Shown piece by piece: positions 27,466 to 36,691 of a stretch of DNA of 64,000 nt. The position numbers and the translations under genes were made by a program. Under the pieces are notes generated by a model. It saw only the letters and a list, made by a program, of their open reading frames with translations. It had not been told where the DNA came from and ran no database searches. The DNA is from Candidatus Hecatella orcuttiae (GTDB lineage: Archaea > Thermoproteota > Bathyarchaeia > Hecatellales > Hecatellaceae), in assembly GCA_002011035.2 (NCBI GenBank), contig MTLY02000003.1, positions 448,001 to 512,000 on the forward strand, read 5' to 3'. The first letter of the stretch is position 1, and the number at the start of each line of letters is the position of its first letter.

Positions 27466-27993
27466 ATGAAAAACAGCGTCTTAGCTCGGTTGTTGAAATT
27501 TCCGCCTTTGGTTTTCTTTCTTCTCCTGATCCTAAGCTTCACCGCCTTCCAAGGATACGTTTCACTTGTAGGAGTGGGGGAAGCGGAAGAGTTTCCACAC
27601 ATGGAACCGATAGTCACGACGGATAGCGAAACCTATTCCAGAGACTCTTTTGTGTACATCCACGTCAAGGTCAGTACGCATCCTCATGAGCATGTCCATG
27701 AGGAGGAGGCTGTGGTAGAGGAGCATGTCCATGAGGAGGAGGCTGTGGTAGAGGAGCATGTCCATGAGGAGGAGGCTGTTTTTGAAGGAGCTGAAGTTAT
27801 CCTCATCATCTACGACCCAGAAGGTAACGTGTTTGCAGACCTGAGAGGAATAACCAATCAAGATGGAGAGATGATGTTTGAGGTTTACATAGGAGCTGAT
27901 GACCCGACCGGCATCTACACTATCATCCCTGAAGCCAGCTTCAAAGGCTCACCTATCGTGATAGGGGAAACAGCCTATTTTAGAGTGACTTGA
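27466..27993 (+). CDS. secreted or anchored Ig/MG2-like protein with His/Glu-rich repeat insertion
   Basis: ATG 27466 two bases after the cupredoxin stop; hydrophobic N-terminus; TTDSETY...IYDPEG...DPTGIYTI beta-sandwich pattern; EHVHEEEAVVE repeats. Confidence 0.75.
   Translation: MKNSVLARLLKFPPLVFFLLLILSFTAFQGYVSLVGVGEAEEFPHMEPIVTTDSETYSRDSFVYIHVKVSTHPHEHVHEEEAVVEEHVHEEEAVVEEHVHEEEAVFEGAEVILIIYDPEGNVFADLRGITNQDGEMMFEVYIGADDPTGIYTIIPEASFKGSPIVIGETAYFRVT
27688..27779 (+). repeat. 33-bp coding tandem repeat, about 2.8 copies (EHVHEEEAVVE)
   Basis: gagcatgtccatgaggaggaggctgtggtagag at 27688 and 27721; partial third copy at 27754. Confidence 0.95.
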
Positions 27994-28068
27994 GAAAGGC
28001 TGAAAAGCAGTTTTTCTCAGATGATTTCTCCTTTAACCCCGCGAAATATTTTTTCGGCAGAAAATCTG

Positions 28069-30099
28069 TTAGAGCACTAAGAGAAGAGGCGCTGCCACTA
28101 TCAAGGGAGCGAAGATCACCGACAGCATGTTGATGGCTTTAATCATAGGGTTAATGGCCGGACCTGCTGTGTCCTTGAAGGGGTCGCCCACCGTGTCCCC
28201 TATGACTGTGGCCGCGTGGGTTGGCGACCGCTTTCCTCCCAGCTTTCCTGTTTCCACGTATTTCTTGGCATTGTCCCAAGCTCCGCCGCCGTTGGCCATG
28301 AAGAGAGCTAAAGCCAGCCCGGTTACGATGGCGCCGATGAGCAAGCCGCCTAAAGCTTCAGCGCCCAATATGAAGCCTACTAGGATGGGTGACAGAACGG
28401 CTAAAAGGCCGGGGAGAGCCATCCCCCTCAAGGCGGTGCGGACGCTTATGTCTACGCATCGGCCGTAGTTCGGTTTGGCTTTTCCCTCCATGATGCCTGC
28501 AATCTCCCTAAACTGCCTTCGGACCTCCTCCACCATTCGGAAGGCACCCTTGCCCACGCCTTTGAGGCAGAGGGATGAGAAAATGAAAGTGATCCCTCCA
28601 CCCAGCAGCAAACCTACCAGCACCCTAGCGTCCATGATGTTGATGACGGGATTGTCCAAGGAAATACCGCCGCCGAACTTGGCGACTTCTAGGACGTAGG
28701 CGAAGAGAAGGGATAAAGCCGCCAGCCCCGCTGAGCCGATGGCGAAGACCTTGGTTAAAGCCTTGGTGGTGTTGCCCACGGCGTCCAAGGCGTCGGTGAC
28801 CTCCCTCACCTCGGGGGACAGTTCAGCCATTTCTGCTATTCCCCCTGCGTTGTCCACGATGGGACCGTAGGCGTCTACGGAGACGATTATCCCCGCGACG
28901 GAAAGCATGGACATGGCGGCTATGGCCACGCCGTAGAAGCCCACCACACCTCCCCCGGCTAGGAAGTAGGCGGCTATGACGCCTCCGCAGATGACGAGGA
29001 TGGGGAGGATGGTGCTTTCCATGGCGTTGGCCAAGCCTGAGATGATGTTGATTCCCGGCCCTGCTTGGGAGGCCTCCGCAACCTTGCGCACAGGGCTGTG
29101 CTCGTAGGAAGTATAATAGTCGGTTAGAAGAGCCAGGAGAACCACGATCACCACGCCTACGATAGTTGTGTAGAAGATTCCCATGCCCATCCCGGTGTAG
29201 ACGGTCAGAATGTAGAATCCGGCGATGGATACGGCCACTGTGACAGCTATCCCTTGGAGAATGGCTGAAGTAGGACTCCCAGTCTTCCTGATTCTCACAA
29301 AAAAAGTGCCGACGATGGTGGCGAAAATGGCAACAGCTCCCAAAAGCAGCGGATAGGTAACCCTCTGAGCGTTGAAGACCGGAAAAGCCCCCAAAAGCAT
29401 GGCTCCGATGATGGTCACAGCGTAGGTTTCGAAGAGATCCGCAGCCATCCCGGCCACATCCCCCACGTTGTCCCCCACGGCGTCGGCTATCACCGCCGGG
29501 TTTCGAGGGTCATCCTCCGGTATCCCCGCCTCCACCTTCCCCACCAAGTCCGCTCCCACGTCGGCGGATTTGGTGTAGATTCCTCCCCCTATCCTGGCAA
29601 AGAGGGCTACAAGGCTTCCTCCGAAGCCGAAGCCTGCGAAGAGAATAGGGTCGGTCCAGAGGAAGTAGAAGACGGTCACGCCCATCAAGGCTAATCCCAC
29701 CATGAACAAGCCCATCACAGCTCCGCCTTTGAAGGCTACCCGCAACGCAGCGCCTATGCCCCTGTGGGCAGCGTTGGCCGTTCGGACGTTGGCCTTGACG
29801 GCCACGTTCATGCCTAGGTAGCCCGCTAAGGCGGAAAGACAGGCTCCTGCGATGAAGGAAACCCCGGTGTTCCAGTTGATGGCTAGACCCAGCACCACAC
29901 CTACGATGACCATGAGGGTTAGCAATGCGCGGTATTGCCTGCTGAGGTAGGCTTGAGCTCCTTCCCTGATAGCCTCGTAGATTTCCCTCATCCGAGGGTT
30001 CCCCAGTTCCTCTTTTAGGATGCTCCAGACGAGGTAGCCGACGAAACCTAAGGCGGCGAGAGAAGCCATAGGCGCGATTATAATAGGCTCCATGGTCAC
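28069..30099 (-). CDS. hppA: membrane-bound H+-translocating pyrophosphatase, predicted K+-independent
   Basis: GGGIYTKSADVGADLVGKVEAGIPEDDPRN, DNAGG, GNTTKA (Lys variant), GDTVGDPFKDT. Confidence 0.95.
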   Translation of the reverse strand: MTMEPIIIAPMASLAALGFVGYLVWSILKEELGNPRMREIYEAIREGAQAYLSRQYRALLTLMVIVGVVLGLAINWNTGVSFIAGACLSALAGYLGMNVAVKANVRTANAAHRGIGAALRVAFKGGAVMGLFMVGLALMGVTVFYFLWTDPILFAGFGFGGSLVALFARIGGGIYTKSADVGADLVGKVEAGIPEDDPRNPAVIADAVGDNVGDVAGMAADLFETYAVTIIGAMLLGAFPVFNAQRVTYPLLLGAVAIFATIVGTFFVRIRKTGSPTSAILQGIAVTVAVSIAGFYILTVYTGMGMGIFYTTIVGVVIVVLLALLTDYYTSYEHSPVRKVAEASQAGPGINIISGLANAMESTILPILVICGGVIAAYFLAGGGVVGFYGVAIAAMSMLSVAGIIVSVDAYGPIVDNAGGIAEMAELSPEVREVTDALDAVGNTTKALTKVFAIGSAGLAALSLLFAYVLEVAKFGGGISLDNPVINIMDARVLVGLLLGGGITFIFSSLCLKGVGKGAFRMVEEVRRQFREIAGIMEGKAKPNYGRCVDISVRTALRGMALPGLLAVLSPILVGFILGAEALGGLLIGAIVTGLALALFMANGGGAWDNAKKYVETGKLGGKRSPTHAATVIGDTVGDPFKDTAGPAINPMIKAINMLSVIFAPLIVAAPLLLVL

Positions 30100-30211
30100 T
30101 CAGCCTATGCCAGTAAAATCTAACTTTAACTCTATTTGAGCTAGGTTTATAAATATTCCATTCGCGGAGAATTAAGCGGCTTGAAGCTTTATAATCCTGA
30201 AGTGCTTCCCC

Positions 30212-32020
30212 ATGCAAACCCCGGCGGGGTTCCCCTTGCCCATCCGACAGCCCATCGTCGTCGTCTTAGGTCATGTCGACCACGGGAAAACCACCCTCCT
30301 AGACAGAATTAGAGGAACGGCTGTAGCGGCCCGGGAGCCGGGAGCCATCTCCCAGCACATAGGGGCCAGCTTTGTTCCCGCTCAGGTTCTGGCTGACATC
30401 TGCCGTGGGCTGTTGGAGGTTTTCCGGTTCAAAATAGACATCCCCGGCTTGCTTTTCATAGACACCCCCGGCCACTCGGCTTTTTCCAACCTGCGAAGGC
30501 GAGGTGGCTCGGTGGCGGACATCGCCATCCTCGTCATCGACCTCATGGAGGGAGTGAAGCCTCAGACAGCGGAATCCATAGATATATTGAAGGCTCGAAA
30601 AACTCCCTTTGTGGTTGCTGCCAACAAACTCGACATGGTTCCCGGCTGGCGGTCTACGGAGGGAGGCAGCTTCCTTGAGTCCGTGAAGAAGATGGGGCTG
30701 CCTGTTGTTAAGGTTTTGGATGAAAAAATCTACTTCATCGTGGGGAGTTTAGCTGAGTTTAAGCTGAGCGGGGAAAGATTTGACCGGGTGAGGGACTTTA
30801 GAAAAAACGTGGCGATAGTTCCGGTAAGCGCAAAAACTGGAGAAGGGCTGCCCGACCTCCTCACTGTCTTGGTGGGGCTGACCCAGCAATATATGAAAGA
30901 GCGACTCGTAGTCTCTGAGGGAGGCGCCTGCGGCACGATTTTAGAGGTTAAGGAAGACCCCGGGCTCGGTGTCAACGTCAACACCATAATCTACGATGGA
31001 GTTCTTCGAGAAAACGACACACTGGTGGTGGGAGGTAAGCAGAAGGTTTTCACCACCAAGGTTCGAGCCATCCTTGTACCGAAGCCTCTGGACGAAATAA
31101 GAGACCCTAGGGAAAAATTCTTGAAAATCAAAGAAGTTCCCGCCGCCGCAGGGGTTAAGATAGTGGCCCCGGGACTTGAAGAAGCCCTGCCTGGAAGCCC
31201 CCTCTATGCTCTCTCCGAAGATTCCACCCCGGAGCAGTTGGTCTCTAAGGTTAGGGAAGAAATAGAGGGGGTGAGAATCTCCACCGACAAAGTCGGCGTA
31301 GTCCTCAAAGCGGACACCCTCGGCTCTTTGGAAGCCTTGGTAGGTGAGCTGGAATCCTCCAACATCCCCGTTCGACTGGCGGATGTGGGAGACATATCCA
31401 GAAGAGACGTGGTGGAAGCGGAGGTTGTGAAGGCTGAGGAGCCCGCCTACGGTGTGGTCTTAGGCTTCAACGTGAAGGTTCTTCCCGACGCTGCGGAGGA
31501 GGCTTCGAAGCGAGGCGTGCTGATATTTCAGAACAACGTCATCTACGGGTTGCTGGAAGAATATTTAGAATGGATGGGAAGCCTCAAGGAGAGGGAAACC
31601 CGGAAAGCCTTGGAATCTCTGTGGCGGCCGGCTAAGCTGAAGGTGCTCAAAGGCCTTGTTTTCCGCAGAAGCAAACCCGCCATCTTCGGAGTGGAGGTCC
31701 TAGCTGGAACGGTTAAATCCGGCTCCCCAATCATCCGAGCCAACGGGGTGGAAGTTGGAAAAATCGTTCAAATACAGGATAAAGGCGAAACCATTCCACA
31801 AGCATCCAAGGGCATGCAGGTAGCCGTCTCCATGAAGGAGCCCACAGTAGGACGCCACATCCGGGAGGAAGACATCCTGTATGTGGATGTTCCCGAAAGC
31901 CATGTTAAGCTTCTCCGCAGCGAATACCAAAACATCCTAAGCAGGGATGAAATCGAATGCCTCAACGAGTTCGTCGAAATTAAAAGGAAAACAGCCCCAT
32001 ACTTCGCCTTCGGCACCTAA
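30212..32020 (+). CDS. infB: translation initiation factor aIF5B (IF-2)
   Basis: GHVDHGKTT, DTPGH, NKLD, KADTLGSLEAL. Confidence 0.96.
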   Translation: MQTPAGFPLPIRQPIVVVLGHVDHGKTTLLDRIRGTAVAAREPGAISQHIGASFVPAQVLADICRGLLEVFRFKIDIPGLLFIDTPGHSAFSNLRRRGGSVADIAILVIDLMEGVKPQTAESIDILKARKTPFVVAANKLDMVPGWRSTEGGSFLESVKKMGLPVVKVLDEKIYFIVGSLAEFKLSGERFDRVRDFRKNVAIVPVSAKTGEGLPDLLTVLVGLTQQYMKERLVVSEGGACGTILEVKEDPGLGVNVNTIIYDGVLRENDTLVVGGKQKVFTTKVRAILVPKPLDEIRDPREKFLKIKEVPAAAGVKIVAPGLEEALPGSPLYALSEDSTPEQLVSKVREEIEGVRISTDKVGVVLKADTLGSLEALVGELESSNIPVRLADVGDISRRDVVEAEVVKAEEPAYGVVLGFNVKVLPDAAEEASKRGVLIFQNNVIYGLLEEYLEWMGSLKERETRKALESLWRPAKLKVLKGLVFRRSKPAIFGVEVLAGTVKSGSPIIRANGVEVGKIVQIQDKGETIPQASKGMQVAVSMKEPTVGRHIREEDILYVDVPESHVKLLRSEYQNILSRDEIECLNEFVEIKRKTAPYFAFGT

Positions 32021-32108
32021 CCCTCCCTTTTCAGGGACGAAATTCTTAATAACAGCCAAACCCCCATCCACTCTAAGGTTTTACCCACGGCTTTCTCGTC
32101 AAAGGTAG

Positions 32109-32453
32109 GTGTCCGAGCTGGCTTCAGAAAGGGGAAAAAGCGAAAAACAGCCTGAGAGTTCAGAGGAGCCCATCAAAGTTAACGTCAAGTTCTTCACAAC
32201 CCTGAGGGAGATGGTGGGCAAGAGAAACGAAGAATTCACCCTCCCCCCTACCGCCACCGTGGAAAATCTTCTGGAAATACTCTGCAAAACCTACGGGCCG
32301 TCCTTCGCAGAATACCTCTTTGAGGGAGGGAAGCTCAGGTCCTACCTGCAAATCCTCGTCGACGGGAAAAACGTGAACCTTCTCGAAGGGCTTAAGACCC
32401 GGTTGAAAAACGGAACCTCCTTGGCAATTTTACCGCCCGCGGGGGGAGGCTGA
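32109..32453 (+). CDS. MoaD/SAMP ubiquitin-like sulfur carrier
   Basis: VNVKFF..LRE, ILVDG, C-terminal PPAGGG. Confidence 0.88.
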   Translation: MSELASERGKSEKQPESSEEPIKVNVKFFTTLREMVGKRNEEFTLPPTATVENLLEILCKTYGPSFAEYLFEGGKLRSYLQILVDGKNVNLLEGLKTRLKNGTSLAILPPAGGG

Positions 32454-32498
32454 AAGCACAGGCGGCTCCTGCGCCCACAAAAAACCGGGAGCAAACCG

Positions 32499-33818
32499 AT
32501 GGACCGGGAGGTTTCCAAGCTGGCAGCCGTGGAAGAAGCTCCAAAGGTTTACGTAGAAAGCTTCGGCTGTTCTTCCAACATGGCTGACGGAGAAAGGATC
32601 GCCGGATGCCTTCAAGCAGCCGGCTACACCCTTGTCCCTCAACCGTCCGAAGCGGGAATAGTCATCTACAATACCTGCGCTGTGAAGGCTCCCACTGAAA
32701 ACAAGACCCTCACCCTCCTTCAAAAGGTGCCTCCCGGCAAAAAATTGGTAGTAGCCGGCTGCCTGCCTCTCATCAATTTCCCGAGGCTGAAAAAGGAGGT
32801 CAGATTCGACGGAGCTATAGGGCCGGCTCCCGGGACTGAAATAGTCGACTTGGTTAGAAAGGTTGAGATGGGGGAAAAACCCGTTCTCCTCGAGAAAGGC
32901 TGGAAACCGCCTCTTTCTCTACCTAAAATTTCAACCTCACCCGTCAGGACTATAATACCCGTAGCTTACGGCTGCCTCAACGCATGCAGCTTTTGCTGCG
33001 TCCGCTTTGCTAGGGGTAGGCTGAGAAGCTATCCTATAGAGGATGTTGTTGAATACGTGAAGAAGGAAGTGAAGCTAGGGCGGCGGGAATTCTGGTTTAC
33101 AGGGCAAGACCTCTCCTGCTATGGCAGAGACCTAGGCGTAGACCTTCCCACCCTCTTAGAAGCCGTAACCAAGGTCGAAGGACGGTTTTTCATCCGCGTA
33201 GGCATGGTGAACCCCCGCGGCTTCTCGAACTCCTTCCTAGAAGGGTTGCTGAAAGCCTACGAAAGCCCCAAGGTCTTCAAATTTCTCCACATCCCCCTTC
33301 AGAGCGGCGACGATGAAGTTTTGAAACTGATGAACCGAGGCTACACGGTGGAGGAGTTCAGAGACATCGTTTCCCAATTCCGCCGAAAATTTCCCCAGCT
33401 AACTCTAGCCACAGACATCATATGCGGACATCCCGGGGAATCCGAAGAAGCCCACCGCCGGACCATTAGGTTGCTGGAGGAGATCAGACCCGACATCGTC
33501 AATGTTTCAAAATTTTTCCCCAGACCCGGCACACCCGCCCAAGAGATGAACCCGCTTCCCTCCTGGAAGGTTAAGGAAAGAACCAGAAAACTGGCGCAAA
33601 TATGCAGAAACATAGCTTGGGATAAAAACCGAAAATGGCTGGGTTGGAAGGGGGAGATCCTTGTAGAGGAAAAGGGGAGGGGGGACTCTTGGATTGGACG
33701 GAATATCGCCTACAAGCCTGTGGCCGTGAAGAGTACAGAGAACCTTTTGGGGAGGTTTCTTGAGGTAAGGGTTGTAGAAACTTTTTCAACTCATTTAGAG
33801 GCTGTATTGCTTCAATAG
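32499..33818 (+). CDS. mtaB: tRNA t6A37 methylthiotransferase (e-MtaB/CDKAL1 type)
   Basis: SFGCSSN, NTCAVK, AGC, CLNACSFC (radical SAM), C-terminal TRAM domain. Confidence 0.88.
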   Translation: MDREVSKLAAVEEAPKVYVESFGCSSNMADGERIAGCLQAAGYTLVPQPSEAGIVIYNTCAVKAPTENKTLTLLQKVPPGKKLVVAGCLPLINFPRLKKEVRFDGAIGPAPGTEIVDLVRKVEMGEKPVLLEKGWKPPLSLPKISTSPVRTIIPVAYGCLNACSFCCVRFARGRLRSYPIEDVVEYVKKEVKLGRREFWFTGQDLSCYGRDLGVDLPTLLEAVTKVEGRFFIRVGMVNPRGFSNSFLEGLLKAYESPKVFKFLHIPLQSGDDEVLKLMNRGYTVEEFRDIVSQFRRKFPQLTLATDIICGHPGESEEAHRRTIRLLEEIRPDIVNVSKFFPRPGTPAQEMNPLPSWKVKERTRKLAQICRNIAWDKNRKWLGWKGEILVEEKGRGDSWIGRNIAYKPVAVKSTENLLGRFLEVRVVETFSTHLEAVLLQ

Positions 33819-34072
33819 GCTTGATATGAAGCTTTTCAGTTAGACTTGAAGGGATGCGACTGGTTGCTGGGGAAAGTAATGGATTACAGAAATGTTAAAA
33901 ACAAAATTTTCGAAGTATGATATTTGACATATTCGATGCTATTGGAAAAACGCTTGCATAGAATTCTTTATATAAGCAAAGAACATTCGTATTTCAATTT
34001 AAATACAATTTAAATACATATTATATATTACATAAGCCTCCACTATAACACCACATTCAGGGAGTGAGATAG

Positions 34073-34231
34073 ATGAAAGTAATCCCCGTACTCGTCGCCG
34101 AAGACCTAGGAAGAACCCCCCTGCCAAGGAGTGATGCTGTCTTGTACGATTTGGAAGAACATGAAGTTGAAGCAGAAAAGGTTGAAATGGTAAACCTGAA
34201 TCTAAACCTCGACCAAATGGAAGAATACTGA
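34073..34231 (+). CDS. unannotated 52-aa acidic small protein
   Basis: MKVIPVLVAEDLGRTPLPRSDAVLYDLEEHEVEAEKVEMVNLNLNLDQMEEY; GGGAGTGA SD, AT-rich TATA region upstream and pyrimidine tract downstream; shorter than any ORF in the track. Confidence 0.55.
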   Translation: MKVIPVLVAEDLGRTPLPRSDAVLYDLEEHEVEAEKVEMVNLNLNLDQMEEY

Positions 34232-34318
34232 ATTTTCTTCCATCCCCCTTCTTTCTGAACAAACTATGTTTAAGGTTTTCATAAAAGTTTCCCTGTTCTT
34301 TTCGACGAAGCTGGCGGG

Positions 34319-35188
34319 TTATTTGAACACGTATACTCCGGGAGCGTAGCGGCCTGCCGAGGTTTTCCTTCGGGAAATCAAATGCACTATCTGCCTTTTA
34401 GCCAAGTGCTCCACGATTCTTCTGTTAACCTCCTCCAATTCTAATTCACCGCTCAGCCAGGAGATGGGAATGTTGACGAAGGCGAATTTTACAGGAAACA
34501 TATGCCGGGTTGATTTTGGAGCGAAAAGCTGACCTTTCTCCACGGTTTCCACCACTTCCTCCTTGGTAACCGGAGGAGTCATCATCATGGCGGTTACCCT
34601 ATTGAGTTTGATCTTTTCTCCCGCATCCTGTTCGGTGTGATAGGTGACTTTAAAGCCTCTTGACTTGAATTGTGTTTCCGCCAGCTTTACAGCATCGTAG
34701 GCTTCTTTGACTGTGGCTTCTTTTTGGCCTTGAACAGCGAAAGCCTTTCTCCAATTCGCCAAACCTAAAGTTGCCTTTCTCCCCTCCACAAGTCTGCTCA
34801 CCTGTTCAAACGGTTTTTCCTCAGCTGTAAAGCCAAGTTTCTCCATTGTCGAAATCAATATTTCCAAAGTATTTTCCGCGGAGCCGGTGACCATTCTATA
34901 CCATCTGCCAATCTCCACCAAGTCACTGGAATAGTCTACGAAGCATACGGGGATGTAGCGGAAGTGAAGGTTTTTCACAGCCGCCACTCTGTGCATGCCG
35001 TCCAAGATAATGTGTGTCTTTGCATCTGCGATGATGGGATGTTTGATGCATCCGTCGGCTCTGATGACTTCTGTCAGTTTGCCCAAAAGATTCGGCAAGA
35101 CTTCTTCGTGAAATTTCAGCCTGCTTCCTTCCTCCGCCGCAATCTCCAGATCGAGTAAAGGGTGGCGAACCTTAAATCCAGGGCTCAT
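34319..35188 (-). CDS. serK: ParB/Srx-fold free L-serine kinase (SerK-like)
   Basis: FHEE, ILDGMHR, VDY...WY and TKEEV...G.LFAPKSTRH match the Thermococcus SerK pattern as recalled. Confidence 0.75.
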   Translation of the reverse strand: MSPGFKVRHPLLDLEIAAEEGSRLKFHEEVLPNLLGKLTEVIRADGCIKHPIIADAKTHIILDGMHRVAAVKNLHFRYIPVCFVDYSSDLVEIGRWYRMVTGSAENTLEILISTMEKLGFTAEEKPFEQVSRLVEGRKATLGLANWRKAFAVQGQKEATVKEAYDAVKLAETQFKSRGFKVTYHTEQDAGEKIKLNRVTAMMMTPPVTKEEVVETVEKGQLFAPKSTRHMFPVKFAFVNIPISWLSGELELEEVNRRIVEHLAKRQIVHLISRRKTSAGRYAPGVYVFK

Positions 35189-35425
35189 CTAACATCTACC
35201 GCTCATTCCCGCATTCATGACGTAGGTAGCCTTGTACTTATTTTTTTAACCATTTCAGGAGGTCTTTCGACGAAATAACGTTTCCCAGAGAAAAGTTAAA
35301 AGTTTCGCCTAATGAAATTGAAGCGCTCATTGACGGCCTTTCAGTCAAAATTCTCTCTGCAAGTTCTTCCCCTGGGGAGAGTGTAAACAGTTCTCTTTTT
35401 ATCAGTGTAGAGGTTTTGAATTCTC

Positions 35426-36685
35426 ATGATTGAAGCGAAGATATGCGGGATTGAAGTGGGCGATAATTTTCCAGTAGCCGTCATCGGGGCGATAAATGTA
35501 AGCCCGGACTCTTTCTATAAAGGGTCGATAAAGCTGACCCGGGAAGAAATCGCCTTCCAAGCTGAAAAAATGGTGGGCGAGGGAGCAGCAGCCATCGACC
35601 TAGGAGCCGTGTCCACGGCACCCTATCGGAAATTTGAGGAAATCCCCGTGGCTGTGGAGAAGGAAAGACTTGTCAACGCTATTAAGACTGTGAAGGCTGT
35701 TGTGGACGTGCCTGTTTCCGCCGACACTCGCCTGAGCGAGGTGGCTGAAGCTGCTCTTAACGTGGGAGCCGACATCATCAATGATGTCAGCGGTTTCAAA
35801 TGGGATGGTAGGATGGCGGACATCGTAGCCGAATATGGGGCAGTCGCCTACTTGGCTGCTTGTGAAAGAAAACCGGGAGAAGGCGGGCCGGTGGGGAGAA
35901 TCTTAGCGGCTTTGAAGGAAAGTCTGGAAATCGCCCAAGTCAAGGGTGTGGCTTTGGAGAAGCTGGTGGTAGACCCTGCCATAGGTTTTCTGAGGCCTCC
36001 CGACTATCCTTGGTATCTCTGGGATTGTTACGTGTTGGGGAACCTATTTCGGCTGAGGTCTTTGGGGAGACCTATCCTCGTGGCTGTTTCCAGAAAGTCT
36101 TTCATCGGGAAAATTCTGGGGCAAGAGCATCCAGAACAGAGACTTTACGGGTCCTTGGCCTCGGAGGCTGTAGCTGTGTACAATGGCGCCCACATGATCC
36201 GCACCCACGACGTAGCGGCTACCGTTGAAGCTGTAAGGATGGCGGAATCCATGAGGAGGAAAGTTTCCCTTAAAGCCTCCGGTAGAATCGAGGTGGAAAC
36301 GGTGGCCGGTGCAGGGTTTAAAGATGATATGGCGGAAGAGATTAGAAAGCTGGGGGCTGCGGGTGCGGAAGCCCTAAGCCAAAAGGCGGTGTTTCGGGCG
36401 ATAAAAGTGAAGAACCTGCCAACTCCTCTAGCCTTGCTCGTGAAACAGGAAATGTTGGCAGTAGGAGGCGACGCGGCGTTGCCAGAGTCCGCCCTAGTTT
36501 TTGGCGAAAAGGCTGTGGACGTTCTTCTGCTGGGTACCTTGGCTCAGTATAATGGGTTTATGGAAAAAATAAAGAGGGCTCCTTTCGAAGGCTGGAGGCT
36601 TGCTGAGGTTTTGCGAGAGTTATTGAAGCTTGAAGAAGAACATACCCTTTTGGGGACTCAGGCTGAGGGAAGCGCTTCCCCGTAG
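35426..36685 (+). CDS. folP: dihydropteroate synthase with a C-terminal Prd-like domain
   Basis: NVSPDSF, SADT, INDVSG, DPAIGF, SRKSFIG, RTHDV; extra ~130 aa containing KQEMLAVGGDAA. Confidence 0.88.
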   Translation: MIEAKICGIEVGDNFPVAVIGAINVSPDSFYKGSIKLTREEIAFQAEKMVGEGAAAIDLGAVSTAPYRKFEEIPVAVEKERLVNAIKTVKAVVDVPVSADTRLSEVAEAALNVGADIINDVSGFKWDGRMADIVAEYGAVAYLAACERKPGEGGPVGRILAALKESLEIAQVKGVALEKLVVDPAIGFLRPPDYPWYLWDCYVLGNLFRLRSLGRPILVAVSRKSFIGKILGQEHPEQRLYGSLASEAVAVYNGAHMIRTHDVAATVEAVRMAESMRRKVSLKASGRIEVETVAGAGFKDDMAEEIRKLGAAGAEALSQKAVFRAIKVKNLPTPLALLVKQEMLAVGGDAALPESALVFGEKAVDVLLLGTLAQYNGFMEKIKRAPFEGWRLAEVLRELLKLEEEHTLLGTQAEGSASP

Positions 36686-36691
36686 AGGGTT

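Noticed and set aside
27688-27779. 33-bp repeats of CRISPR-like length
   Set aside because: Head-to-tail with no spacers, in frame within a CDS, and no cas genes
33999-34262. 87-aa minus-strand ORF from the track
   Set aside because: Antisense to a + strand small ORF that has better promoter, SD and terminator support
34319-35188. ParB partitioning protein
   Set aside because: No HTH and no parA nearby; C-terminal motifs fit SerK
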